From Podarcis melisellensis (taxonomy: Eukaryota): 64,000 bases of DNA. Below the pieces are notes generated by a model. That model was given only the letters and a program-made list of their open reading frames with translations. It did no database searches and was not told the DNA's origin. The position numbers were made by a program, and so were the translations under genes. Shown piece by piece: positions 13,470 to 26,300 of this stretch (position 1 is the first letter of the stretch; the number at the start of each line of letters is the position of its first letter). The DNA lies in the NCBI GenBank assembly GCA_964234715.1, contig OZ174280.1; one strand, written 5' to 3'.

Positions 13470-14625
13470 ATCATAGAATTGTAGAGTTGTAGAGTTGGAA
13501 GGGACCCCGAGGAACATCTAGTCCAACCCCCTGCAATGCAAGAATGTCAACAAAAGTATCCACAACTGATGGCCATCCAAGCTCTGCTTAAAAACCTCTA
13601 ATGAAGGAGAGTCCACCCCACCCCCTGAAGGAGTCCATTCTACTGTTGAATAGCTCTTACCATCAGAAAGTTCTTCCTAATATTTAGTTGGAATCTCTTT
13701 TCTTGTAACTTGAAGACCCGTAATATCCTTTTCAAATGTACTGTTGGTAAGTCAGGTTTCCCTCATCTTATATTTTTGCAGCTGGTTCTTCCTGCCTAAG
13801 TGTAGAATCCTACATTTGCCCCATCAAAATTCTTCTTCTTCTTCTTCTTCTTCTTCTTCTTCTTCTTCTTCTTCTTCTTCTTCTTCTTCTTCTTCTTCTT
13901 CTTCGTTTTGGCCCAGTTCTCCAATCCGTTAAGGTCATCTTGATCCCAATTCTGTCTTCTGCAGTATTAGCTACCCATCCCAGTTTGGTGTCATCTGCAA
14001 ATCTGATTAGCAGCCCCTCAATACCTTCATCCAAATCTAAATGAAAGATGGTGAACAACAATAGGCGCTGAACACAACCCTGTGGCACCCCACTTGCCAC
14101 TTTTTCACAGGATGGTGAGGAACCATTAGTGAACACTCTTTGTGTTCAGTCAGTCAACCAGCTACATATCCACCTAACAGTAACCTTGCCCAGCCCACAT
14201 TCTACCAGCTTCTCCACAACAATAGTATGGAGGACCTCTGTCAAAAGCATTATTGAAATCAAGACATGCTATATCCACAACATTTCCCTGATCCACCAAG
14301 CTTGTAATCAGGTTTGCAATACTCTTAGCAAACACATTCTTGCCAGCTGCTGTGAGGCGCAACCCATCTCTCACCAGAAGTCCTCCCTCAAGGAAGCAGA
14401 GTCCATGGTCCAAGAAGCCAAACCCTTCCTGAAGACACCACCTATATAGCTAGTGGTTTACTTCCAGTATTTCCCCCTTTCTTCCTGATGAAAAGACCAC
14501 CTGTGCCCCATGGACCTTCAGCTGCTTACCCAGAGTCTCATAGTGCCTTGCTATATGTCAAAGGTTGTGTCTGGCAGTATTGTTTGTATGCACATGAATC
14601 AGAAGGAAGGAGTTGTGGTCAGTGG
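13470..14625 (-). mobile_element. CR1 LINE remnant with internal deletions (ORF1 esterase part, RT part, 3' end)
   Basis: Minus-strand peptides LLIHVHTNNTAR and DGLRLTAAGKNVFAKSIANLI (ORF1 SGNH esterase-like); VDIACLDFNNAFD, GVPQG..LF, FADDTKLG, KCRILHLGRKN (RT); 3' end ccttccaactctac...attctatgat. Confidence 0.9.
13830..13904. repeat. (TTC)25 microsatellite inside CR1 RT
   Basis: Direct read. Confidence 0.97.
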
Positions 14626-14639
14626 GCTTTATAAGATTT

Positions 14640-14992
14640 GAGGAGTTTGGTTTGATTCACATTTTAATGTGAACCTCCTTAATTTGCACTCCTCCAAGGC
14701 AATATGCAAACCAAAATACAGCTATGTTTCAAAACTATGTGAATATTGCATTTCACCAACCAAATAATGTGTGTGGGGGAGAGAGATATAAAAAATGCAT
14801 ACATTAAAAAAAATAATGCATTGTGCTAGAGAAATTTGCTTGGAAAATGTATATATTAGGAGAAATGTGCAATAAAAAAATTGACCGATTTTCACGAGGA
14901 CTACAAACTCTTATAGAAACGTGATGAATTGACTTGAAGGTTGGAAAGATGGGAAAATAAGAGAAACCGAAATTGACAGATTTGTCCATCTC
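14640..14992. mobile_element. Unclassified interspersed repeat, probably a DNA transposon remnant, abutting the CR1
   Basis: Ends gaaaccgaaattgacagatttgtccatctcta; resemblance to lizard repeats from recall only. Confidence 0.35.
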
Positions 14993-16345
14993 TACTTTCA
15001 AAGACACAGCAGTCTTTCCACTAGTGCCAGACATTTTAAACCTGTGTTACACACCACCCTGTAATCCATAAGGATGAAGGCTGGTTTAGAAAATTTTACA
15101 ATAAAATGAACAAAACTTCTTATAGCAACTGTTTCCCCACACCTCAGGACAATGGCTAGCAGTTTCTGTGACTCTCCCTGTACCCTTGCCCCCTAGAGAA
15201 AATTGTTTTCCATAAACAAAGTCAAGCAAGGCGTTTAAATTGTTTTGTTTCCGTAGTGAAAGTGATGCTAAATAATTAGGGCACTGATTATCTTTTTCAA
15301 ACATGGCATACTCTGTAGTAAACCTGCTGAAATACACTGGCGATTGTCACAGCTAATTACCTTTTAATTTGAAATATGCACAAGTGAGTGGGAATAGAAA
15401 AGCAACTGCGCTGAATAGTTGGTCACCATATCAGGCTTTCCCAAACAACATTTAATCCAATTCATGTCAAACAGGTACAAGTGAAAGGTATCGTGGGATT
15501 AACCAGGTCTGCCAAGATAAGAGCTCTGCTCTCTGCATTTAGCTTGGTAATGCATAGGTGAAGGAAGAGAGGCAAACCTTTGAGCGAACAGGTTGCTTAG
15601 AGCAGCTGCTGGGTGCTTTGCCCTTTTCAAATGCACTCTGAATAAAAATGAAAACCACACTACTTGTTTTTGGCCATTAGATAGCATTATCTGTATGGAA
15701 TGCCAATTCATATCTCCTCATGCTATGTGTAGTTCTCACATATGGGATTTTAATAACCTTCATGCTGTGCTATGAATTTGTGAGTGGGCCCAACAGAGGA
15801 AAAGCACCACAGGACTTCTATTTTTTCATTATTGCTCCTTGGGAGAGAGAGAGAGAAGAAAAGGGGTGGCTGTGGCATTTCTGCAATGATCGTGTGGCAG
15901 AATTCATATTATTTCTGCTGCCAGAGCACCCTCACTGCTAGTAAAGTTGGGATAAGCACAGTTTTATTTGCAATTTATTTTGCATCCTGGATAAATTATT
16001 TTTCACAATCTTACATACCAATCTTATGATGTCACAGTTGCAGCTTTCCTCTTCTGATTGCATTTTCTGTATATGGCTGTATCCCCACAATGTAATACAT
16101 GTCACATGCTGATCTCGTACTGAATACATCCTTTTAACCATGACTTCCTGTTTCCCAGTCTAGGTGCATGCCTTTATGACTGATGGCCGTAGGGTTGTTT
16201 TGTTGACTTTTGCTTTAATATAGACAGAACTCTTCATGCTAGCTATGCAATAACATACATTCTTGGTGGGAATTTGGTGTATGATTCAACAATGAGCATT
16301 GACTTTCCACATTTGCAAATAAGGAGTTGTTCCACAATGTTTCTT

Positions 16346-17128
16346 TGTGACTCAAGGCCCCGTTCCACGCTTGGTGATGAAATAAGGTACATGGACACAA
16401 GTATTTAGGTTAATGGGCTAAAAAAGGCCACAACTTTATTGGTGACAGAATGTGAGTGGTATTGGCTTAGGCATTGGATCTGAACAGACTAAACTTGACT
16501 CCTGCCTGCTCTGCTGGGAGTCACACAAGGGTTAACAACCTGTAGGGGGAGCTTGTGGATGCAAATCAACTGGAAGCTTTCCCCTAGAGCTACCAGAGGG
16601 TCATGTCATGGCCCTAGCCACCATCTGAGCATTGGACAGGAACCATGACCACCGGATTTCTTTAACAGAATACCCTTCAAGGGGAGGGATAGGTGATGGC
16701 CACAACACACAACACAATTTCCTCCCCTCCAACACACAACGCATTTTCCAATGCCTAACCTCCAAACCTTACAAAGTTGTAACAATTTGCTACGAGGTAG
16801 GCAAAAAACCAAGTGGCTGGTGCCAATCTGCCAAGTGGAAAAAAATCCTACCATGCCCCTTCGACAACCAAGGCAACCAACCAAAGTCCATAGCAAGGTC
16901 AGGAGCTGAAGCAAAACCTACAGGGAGGGCAGGAGGCTGATCCGTGGAAGCTGGAAAAGCAAGGGAGAGCTCACGAGCCCACGGCTGTTTAAATCTAGCT
17001 AAACCATGCCCGGCCCCTCAGTGAGCCGGATTGGCTGGCTGAGGGGCATGACGCGGGCCCAGGGCTCCAGTGACACAAGGAAGCCTAGCCACGCCCCCTG
17101 TGACCGCAGGAAGCGATTCCTGCTCACA
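16346..17128 (-). mobile_element. Possible solo LTR
   Basis: TGTGA...TCACA termini; on the minus strand CCAAT (~17030), TATA-like atttaaa (~16990) and AATAAA (~16435) in LTR order; locally CpG-rich. No TSD found. Confidence 0.45.
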
Positions 17129-18609
17129 ACCCCTCCCCTCTGGGAAGAGGAGAGGCTTACTCATTTGGGAAAAGCATTGCAATTACTTGCAGCCAAAATA
17201 CGTGATACTTTAAATGTGTGTTTGCATCTAATTGCTATTTTAATGTAGTTTTGTTGTGGAACAGCTAACCTGTCGTCCTTGTGATGTTGCGGACCTCTGG
17301 CTCCTATCAGCCCCAGAGAGCATGGTCAGGAAAAGCCAGCTTTGGGGGGGGGGGGCTGTCATTGCTGTTTACTGGATATATCAGGAGCACGGCAGAGGTG
17401 AGGTCAGAGTGACTCATGCACTGCACGGGAGTGCCAGGCAGTGCCCCAATGTCCCTTCACCTCACCCACTGCCAAGTCCCTTCCCAGTCAGTAATGAAAT
17501 GGAGTATCTTTGCAAGGTCTGACTATTTTAAGCTAGTCAAGTCCCAAAAATATCAGAAGCCCACCTCACAAATACTCCTGCTGAGATGTAACAAGTGACT
17601 CCTGTCTGTACTTTCCAGAAACAGTTGAAGACATATTTATTTTTGACAAGTTTTTCCAGTTGGATGAAAATATCCCCACCTCAGATATTCATTTTCTACT
17701 GTTTTAGACCCTATTTTCAGCTATTTTTTGTACTTTTTTGATCTGTTTTTATAATGCACTTTTAAATCATCTTGACACACATGTGGGTGTGTCACCCACC
17801 CACCCACCCACACTTTCTTTTCTGTAACATCGATAGCTCCAGTATGTATGGAAGCTCCACATTCAAGCTTGAATTTTTGTCAGAGATTTCTTATTTGTTT
17901 ATTATTATTATTTATTATTCTCAGGAGGGAGAAATTCATTGTGTTTTTCTCCCCTTAGAGTCCGCTGTTTTTTAGATAATGAGGATGTAAGATGAAACAT
18001 GGCTTACAAAAAAAGGAGAAGCCAGTAATAAAGCAGCAAAAGAATAATTTTTAAGGGCTTACTGGTTGTTTATACATTTTCCTTTCAAATCAACCTCCCA
18101 CAGATTCATTTTGGCGCTTTGCCTAACTTCAGGGTGAAATTGTTTTTGCTCCATTATTTACAGAGAATCAGCCATCATTTAGGACTTCACGGTTGTCACC
18201 CGTTTTGCACATTACAGCTACTCAGAGCTCTGTGGAGGCATTGTGGCATAACGCAGATCCTCCCATCCAAATGGGAGGCCAAAGGAGACTGGTTTGAAGG
18301 AGAGTCTGCTAACTTTTAGTAGCAAAGTCCAAGCAGAGACTATGAACCAAAACACTGTTCTTTATCAGGACATACTATATCTTCCCTCTGAATAACTGTA
18401 TCTCATTGCTTAATTTGCTATGGGCGTAGTGCAAATCTGTGACTAAGTATGAATACAGACGACCTCAGATAAGGTAACATTGCATAACATTGAATGTTAT
18501 TGTTATATGCTACCTTTTGGGACATCTTTTCATTAGAAAGGTAGGTGCTGGATAAATATTATCATAAATAAATCCAGTACATAGGAAGCTGGCAGCAGGT
18601 ATTTTTGAT

Positions 18610-18880
18610 AGTTATTATTATTATTTATTAAATTTGTATTCTGCCCTATACCCGTAGATTTCAGGGTAATTCACAACATAAAATCACAATACAAAAAACA
18701 AAAACAAAATACACAATAAAAACAAAGACAATCCAATAACTCCCCACTTTCATGACATATTTGAAAGAGGCATCGGATGTCAATCAGCCAAAGGCCTGGT
18801 TACAGAGGAATGTTTTCATCTGGCACCTAAAGGTGTATAATGAAGTCCCCAGTTTAACTTCCCTGAGGAGAGCATTTTCC
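18610..18880 (-). mobile_element. L2 LINE 3' end
   Basis: (tta)n tail at left, cagccaaaggcctgg..ggaatgttttcatctggcacctaaag complementary to the 39320-39375 L2 end. Confidence 0.65.
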
Positions 18881-19266
18881 AGTCATAGTGCCCAAGCTGT
18901 GTTGAGTATTGACCCTATGTTCTGCCTATAATTTTAATTACATATTTTTGCACATGTAAATGAACAGTCACATCTGGAATGTCTTGTATGAATTGACAAC
19001 AGTAGGCATACATCTTTCACTATCATTTCCTGAAAAATCATTCCAGTTAGACCATTTCCTACAAGTAATGGTGAGGTGTGATCCTACAAAATAGTTTACT
19101 TGGGGGGTAGGTGGATGTGAGGATCACAAGTTTCACTCCCACAGCCCTACCATATTTAATGCCTCTGAGGCTAAGTGTGGCTTGGCTCAGCATTTATAAA
19201 TGTGAATTTCCTCATGCATAACACTTTCAACTGTTAAGTAAAATACAATAGGGCAGATACATAGTA

Positions 19267-19494
19267 CAGTGGTACCTCAGGTTGCAGATGCTTCAGGTTA
19301 CAGACACTTTAGGTTACAGACTCCACTAACCCAGAAATAGAACATTGCCTCAGCATGAGAACAGAAATCGTGCTCCGGCGGCACAGCAGCAGTAGGAGGC
19401 CCTATTAGCTAAAGTGGTGCTTCAGGTTAAGAACAGTTTCAGGTTAAGAACGTACCTCTGGAACGAATTAAGTTCTTAACCTGAGGTACCACTG
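19267..19494. mobile_element. Tc1/mariner (Tigger/pogo-like) MITE
   Basis: TIRs cagtggtacctcaggtt / aacctgaggtaccactg, TA on both sides, internal repeated tcaggtta. Confidence 0.9.
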
Positions 19495-21807
19495 TACAGC
19501 TTTGTGTGCCATACTAGTAGCAATTTAAGCTTGCCTTTTCTAATGAGGAGTTACACTCAGCAGTATGTATTAATAATTTGTAGTGGATTAAAACATCGGA
19601 CACAATCCAGTAAAACAAGGGTGACCAACTCACAAGAGTCTGTGATCTACTTACAGAATTAAAAACTGTCAGTGATCTACCCCCTTTTTTGGGGTGCAGG
19701 TCTAAGTTGTTGAGCTTTTTTAGGCAGGAGGAAGGCCCATTTTTAGGGGTACAATGCAAAAAAGGGGAGCTTCTTTTGGGGGAGCCACTGATCTATCTGT
19801 TGGACGGGTCTGCAGTAAAACAAAGTCACAATACCAACAGATGAGGGGGTCGGGTTTCCCTTGTGTGCCTCTGTTCATGCAGCCTGGGGTAGGCTAAATG
19901 GGAGGTCTTTGTATCCTCCCTCATCCCCACCTGATCTTCTTTTCTACGCTGTTTGGTGCAAGTTATTTGAATCAATGTGAGAGGGACGACTAGGTGAGAT
20001 GCAGGAAGTGCACACACCAACGTCCCATCTGCAGGCTTACTCAAATGCAAGTAGGGTGAAAGGATGGGCTGGATGGTGCCAGAGGCAAAGGACAAGATGG
20101 TGTGCCCTCCTCAATCCTTGCACAGAAGCTGACCAGACTGGCAGATTCTTTCACCAAAAAGCAGCAGATTAGCTTAAGGGGTGCATGATAGTAGTTTGTA
20201 CAGCTTTGCCCTCCAGCATTTTGCCACTGTTTCCTACCCAGGACAGTCCCTGTCATTAGGCAAAGTGCAGGAGCTTTCTCAGCTGAAGATGTACATAGAA
20301 TGAGGAGCACCATGTTGTCCTTCACTCAAAGCATCAAAAATGGTTGGTCCTTAGGGTATGAATTATCTTTATCTGAATATCAATTGTAATTTTTATTTTA
20401 ATGAATACAAAACACATCTGCAATAAAGGTGCCCTCTACAATAAACATCACCTAGATGTTGAAACATTTAGACTTCAGGTGTGTGGGAGTTGGGGAAAGG
20501 AACCAATAGCCTGGGATCTTGGTTTTCGTTGGTAAGCTTTCATTTTAGACTTTTCCAAAACAATTTTAATTATTGGATCTAGACTATAAAAAGATATTTT
20601 GCAGCAAGTTCTTAAGTATCTGTGGAAAGCATGCTTTGCAAGCCTTGTTCAACCATTTAAATGCACTACAAACAGTCCCAGTATGACAGTAAGGGAAGCA
20701 GAAAGGTACATACATGGCCAGTGGTGTGCATGTGTTTTCTTAAAAGATAAAAATGCCTAGTAATTAAAAACATAGATCTTCAGCATCTTATTAAGGTTTG
20801 TTTGTGGGGTTGTTGTTTTTTGGACAAAATGCATTTTAAAAAACCACTGCAGGCATAATATTACTGTAATAATCCTTTTTGTTATTCTTGACATGGATTA
20901 ATTTCTATTCAGGAAAAAACGGATAATTAACATTTTAGCTTATCACTTTCTGTCCATGCATACAAAACAATCTGTTAGCTGGTCTTCCAAGAATAACTAA
21001 ATTAAATAATGAGTTTAGAAGGCTTGTTCCCAGTTCTTGGGGATCTGTATTTTCCACTTCCAGCTTCAATATCCAACTCTGCAGTTTAATTTATTTGCAA
21101 GGTTTGCTTCTTAATCTTACTTCCCTTTCTTAGATCAGATCACAAATAAATTGACCTGAAGCAAGAGGTAGAGCTCATTTTGGAAATATTCAAGTGATTT
21201 ATTCTTTGCTGGGGGAAATCCACTCACATTCTTGTAAGGAGATAAGATGGGCTTTGGTTAGGTAGAGGTCAATCTGATAAGTTCCTAGAGAGAGAGTGCT
21301 GAGCGGTATAGATATATGTGTGTGGCGGGGTGTGTGTGCACGCACACACACACATTCCCATGGACAGTATGGCACATGAGGATTTGCTGATGATCAGAGT
21401 CCACCCGACTGGTATGTTTGGAACTAGGTTGGAGTTTTTCTTTTACAGACATGAGTCAAGCTGATTTAATTAAACCTCCAAAAACTGCTTGTTCTGCTGG
21501 CACTGTTCAACCTTCCAAATAGTAATTGTCTACCCACCACACAGTAATGAAATCTATACTATTTACCAGTTTTGTCACTGAAATGCCATTATTGGAAATG
21601 GTGTAGGTAGGCTCTTGGGCTCTTACATTGCTTCCGGTCATGGAAAATGCCTAGCTTAGGAATGGGTAACTGCCATCCCTGGCCATTGGCCATGTTAAGT
21701 GAGACTGATGAGAGTCAAAATCTAATAATCTCTGGAGGGGTCCAAGTTCTGCATCCCTAGCCTAGCATGAACTCACAAGTACATCCTAATTGAGTGCAGT
21801 CTGCCAT

Positions 21808-21808
<1 letters not shown>

Positions 21809-21888
<80 letters not shown>
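21809..21888. repeat. Compound (CT)20(GT)20 microsatellite
   Basis: Direct read. Confidence 0.97.
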
Positions 21889-21890
<2 letters not shown>

Positions 21891-23252
21891 GAGAACAAGA
21901 GGGTCATGCCTTTCAGTACAGCTGCAATTATATGGCTTCATTGCCCTGTTCAACTCTGTGAAACCAGCAGCCATAGTGGAGGCACACCCAATCATGTCAG
22001 GGCCCCTCTGAGTTCCTTGCACTTTTGTTTGTGGGTTTGCTTTGTCTACCATTTGCCTTGTTTGTTTTGCACCTCAGTGGACTAAAAGGAGAAGGCAGGA
22101 TGCTTGACCTGTTTTGGGGACTAACAGTTGCTAAAAGCAGGGTGGGGAGGATAGCTTCCTTCTTGCTTCAGGAACCGTGGAGGTGGTTTGGGTTTCCTAG
22201 ACCATAGAATTTTGAGGTCCTTAGAATCTTCAGGCATGTGGCGAATGCTGTGATCAAAACATCCCCCTTTGCTTGTTTGACATCCCTCAGTGTGGATTAT
22301 GTATTTTATAACATTCATTCCCATGTTAGGGAATTGTGCATGTACACCCTTGACTCATCCAGATTAAAAGAACAGCCACCAACCCAGAATAATTTAAGAA
22401 ATTGTGTTCTCTATCTCTCTGATTCCTAACAGAACCATCCTTTCTCAGAAGTTATTTTCTCTCTAACTACCTCAGGAACTTTGAAGAGCAGAGTAAGCAC
22501 ATGGGGGCCCTCCTTTTCCTTTGATGTGCCTCCTCCTAAGCTGAGGTACAAAGTGAACACTAGCAGGTTGTGTAGCATATGGTTTATGTCCTTGGGGAGA
22601 CACATTGTTGCGTGTGGCTTTATGTGAATGGGAGTAACTACCCCCAGTTTCATTATTCTCAATAGCACTAATGAGATTGAGAATTCTCATTTCACCCGTG
22701 TGCTGGTAGGGAAAAGCTCTCTTTTAACTGCCCTAATTATAAGCATGACTGTGGTTCAAGTGTTGCAAGGCTGCACAGACCTTATGAGCTTGGTTAGGAA
22801 TACCCTTGGAGAGGTGAGGGGTATCATCATTTCTGAGAGACTTTCTTCTTTGTCAACTTGGTGCCCTCTGAGTGTTTCAGACTACAACTAGGTGGGACTG
22901 ATAGGAGTTGTAGTCCAAAAAATCCAGAGGACTCCAGGTAAGTGAAAGCTGGATGCATGCATAGAGAACCCTGCAGTTGAATCCCTAGTCACATGTACTA
23001 TATCTATTCTGATGCAGTATGCTCTGTTACAAGTTATGCTGAATGCATAAAAGAACAGGGGCAGGGTACACCATTCCATTCCCCCATCAAAACGAATACA
23101 ATAAATATAACTCTTCTGCACAGTTCTCATGTTAATAATGTGCACTAGGAAATCTTAATTTGCATTAGGAAGTCTTAAGGGTTCACTCTTAACAGAAAGG
23201 CAAGCTAAGCTCCTTTTCTACTTCATTTCAGGGGATTGGCCATCTCCTAGGG

Positions 23253-23390
23253 CAGGAGTGGGAATCTGTGCCCCTCTGGATGTTGTTTCGACTGTAACTC
23301 CCATAATCCCTGAATATTGGCCCTTGCTAACTGGGGCTGATGGGAGCTGGATTCCAACAACACCTGGTGCTACAGGTTTATTACCCCCTG
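23253..23390. mobile_element. Palindromic hAT-type MITE, older copy
   Basis: cagg...cctg ends, aactcccat/atgggagct core, TSD tcctaggg / ccctaggg. Confidence 0.8.
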
Positions 23391-26300
23391 CCCTAGGGAG
23401 TAAAAAAGACCCTATCTCAGCAATTTCCAGTCACTGAGATAAGAAAACACATTAAGGTCCATCTAGACAAGCATCCTATTCTCACAGGAGCCAACCAGAT
23501 CACTATGGAAAGACCTTAAGCAGGACCTAAGTGCAACATCACTCTTTCCACTTCTGGTTCCCAGTATGTGGTATTCAGAGGCATGCTGCAGATGCAGTTA
23601 CAATCTGCAATGCAACCTTGCTTATTAAAAGTGGGGGTTGTCAGCAGAGGGGGTGGTATCCAAAAGGTATTGTTTGTTATGTATGTAAAATATTTATAAC
23701 TTCCCTTCATCTGTACAGCCACCAGGGGAAGATACAAAATCTAAGTATATTTGCCGGGTTGCATTGCTCATGGAGATCAAGTGAGGGATGCAAAATGGAT
23801 TGCAGTTATTGGGAATTCTGAATAATTGATGTTTGTGCAATGGGGGTTCTGCTGTGTGTTTGCTGCAGATGGGAACATTGCATGCATTCTTTGCCCCATT
23901 GATACCTAGCTGGCTATTGTTCAGTGGAGGCAAGGCAAAGTCAGCCTGGCATTGGGTCTCCATTGTATAACACACTTTCTAAGAAAGGTTTACATGGTGT
24001 ATGATGGAAGCATATTGTGCTGCGCGGTGAGATACTAGAGGTGAGAAACTATTTTGGTCCTCTCCTGTTGAGAATCATTCGCAATTCAGACTATGTTCTA
24101 ACAGTATGTTCCTTCTCACCATGTACCCATCAGTCGTAACTGACATTTCGCCTCCTGGTGTTTTCTGCTGTATGTCAACCAAATATAACTGGCACTGGGA
24201 GGAGGGGTGGGAAAGCCTTTTCCCTTTCCTGATTTCTAAAGCGTATTTAATTATGTTACTAATGATCATGTGAAAAGCTCTTGCAATAGGACATTCATCC
24301 AATACTACCTACTACTAACTGGACCCAGCACGCTGTACCTAAGTAGCACTGAGTATTTTGGAGCAATATTCCTGCAAACAAATTAAAGAAAGTGGCTTAA
24401 AAAGCTTTAAGTAGGTGTTTTTGGGAAGTGGCGGCTGTCCCATATTCGAAGGCTGATTGCTCTTTGTTTAGCATACTTAGTACAATTTGATGGAACAGCT
24501 TCTTGCTCAAATGGCATATTATTGTTGGCTTTGCCTGAACAGCCGTGCAATGCTAATGAGGGGCAGGTGAGCAACATGGTGGCTTTTAAGATGAATGGCC
24601 TCTTGGCTTCCACATGCAACATTTGTTTGGACTGACTCCCAGTTCTCGAACTAATACTGTGCAGCCCAAGAATTATCCAAATGCTGTATGTGAGGGTTTT
24701 TGTGTTGGGGTGTGTGTTTTATATCAGTGACTCGGACAATCTCTTTACTTGTTTCCATCATGAGCCAAGGCATTCTGGCGAAATGAGAGATGTTCTAGAA
24801 AAGCAATTTATTAAATTTTGAGAGGCAAACAGGATGTGGGAATCTTTATTTTTTATTTTTAGGGGAAAGGGTTGTTTCCCAACTACATGCTTGTCCCAGC
24901 AGTCACAGGCAGGTAGTCTATAGAAATAGAAGTCACTCTTCAGATGATGAATAGAGGTTGTTTTGCTAAGGTTTGGTAGAAGTCAGCATAGATGGAAGTC
25001 CATGACAACTGGGAAAATCCATTCAGCATAGGACTAAACTAATGTAATCTAGATCCATTTCCAAATTTAGTAAGCCTGTGTGTGTGTGAATTGGGGGGTC
25101 TGGCAGGATAAGAAACCTCAAGTCTTTCTAGTCGGCTCTCAAAACTCACACACCCTCTCCCACGTTTGCCTCTGGTTCCATCCACTTCTGGCAGCCCCCA
25201 AAGTTTTCCCCATGAGAAAATGTGGCCCATGGACTAAAAGACAAGGTTCCCTTCTCCTGGGATAGGACATATGTAGGTACTCAGTGGTGCATGCAGCTGT
25301 GTGTGTAATCAATAGGACACACCATGTATATTGTACCCTGAATGCTGTGATTTCAGCAAGAGGTTAGAAGCCATGCCAGGCTTGACATTAAATGTGTCTT
25401 TGTATTTAGTGTGCTGGTGTTTAATGCAAATAGCAGTCAGGTATAGTGGGTGTGGGCAGCGCCTAATACAATTGAATTGCAGCAGGAGGGGAGGCTTAAA
25501 ATCACTTTTATGTGGATTTGGCTGGAAGCTCCCATTGGTTCCATAGTGGGAATCCCCCTCCCCCCACACAAACAGCATAGGGAGGTAGTAAGTGTCTGTC
25601 ATCAAGATGGCAGAAGGGGAGGGGAGGGGAGGGTTAGTCCTGGTCATTAGAAACCTCCCCTCCCTGCCCCCCAGCAGCTACAAACATACATTAATGTCAC
25701 ATCTAATTTGGCCCCAAACCACCTTTTAAAGTTATATATGTTGCACTGAGATTTTTAATAGCAGATATTGGTAGATGAATGGCAGTTTCCCAACGAGATA
25801 TCACCTTCATTTGGAAACATTTCCACTTGCATTGAAAGCACCAATTATTTAGCTAACGTTTTTCCAGCCATAATATTTCTAGTAGACAGATTTGTCAGGT
25901 AAGTGTGGACACATTTCCTGACACACCTAAGATAGCATCACATTAAATTTAGGAGTCTATGATGTCATTCCCTGGCATTCAGCATGGGCTGTGATAATTG
26001 AAACTGTTGCTCTAAAAGTAGCCAGATTGAAGTCTGAATATTCTGTAGATATGTGTATTTGTCACTTTACTTGTCAGACCTTTAAGACTGTACTAGAGGC
26101 TCTGCTCTCTGTCCTAATCCATGTATGATGTCACATGAGCCATATGTAATGTCACCTACAAGACACAGGAACATATTTGTAATGGTGGCTCCATGATGGT
26201 GGGACTCTCTCCCAGTACAGAATCACCAAGCACTCTGCCATCTGCTAAATGTCAGGAAGAGAGATTTTTTCTAAAAAATTCAGACTAGCTTTTAATAAAT

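Noticed and set aside
13744-14136. Poly-Ser and poly-Arg ORFs
   Set aside because: Translation of the (TTC)25 microsatellite within a dead CR1.
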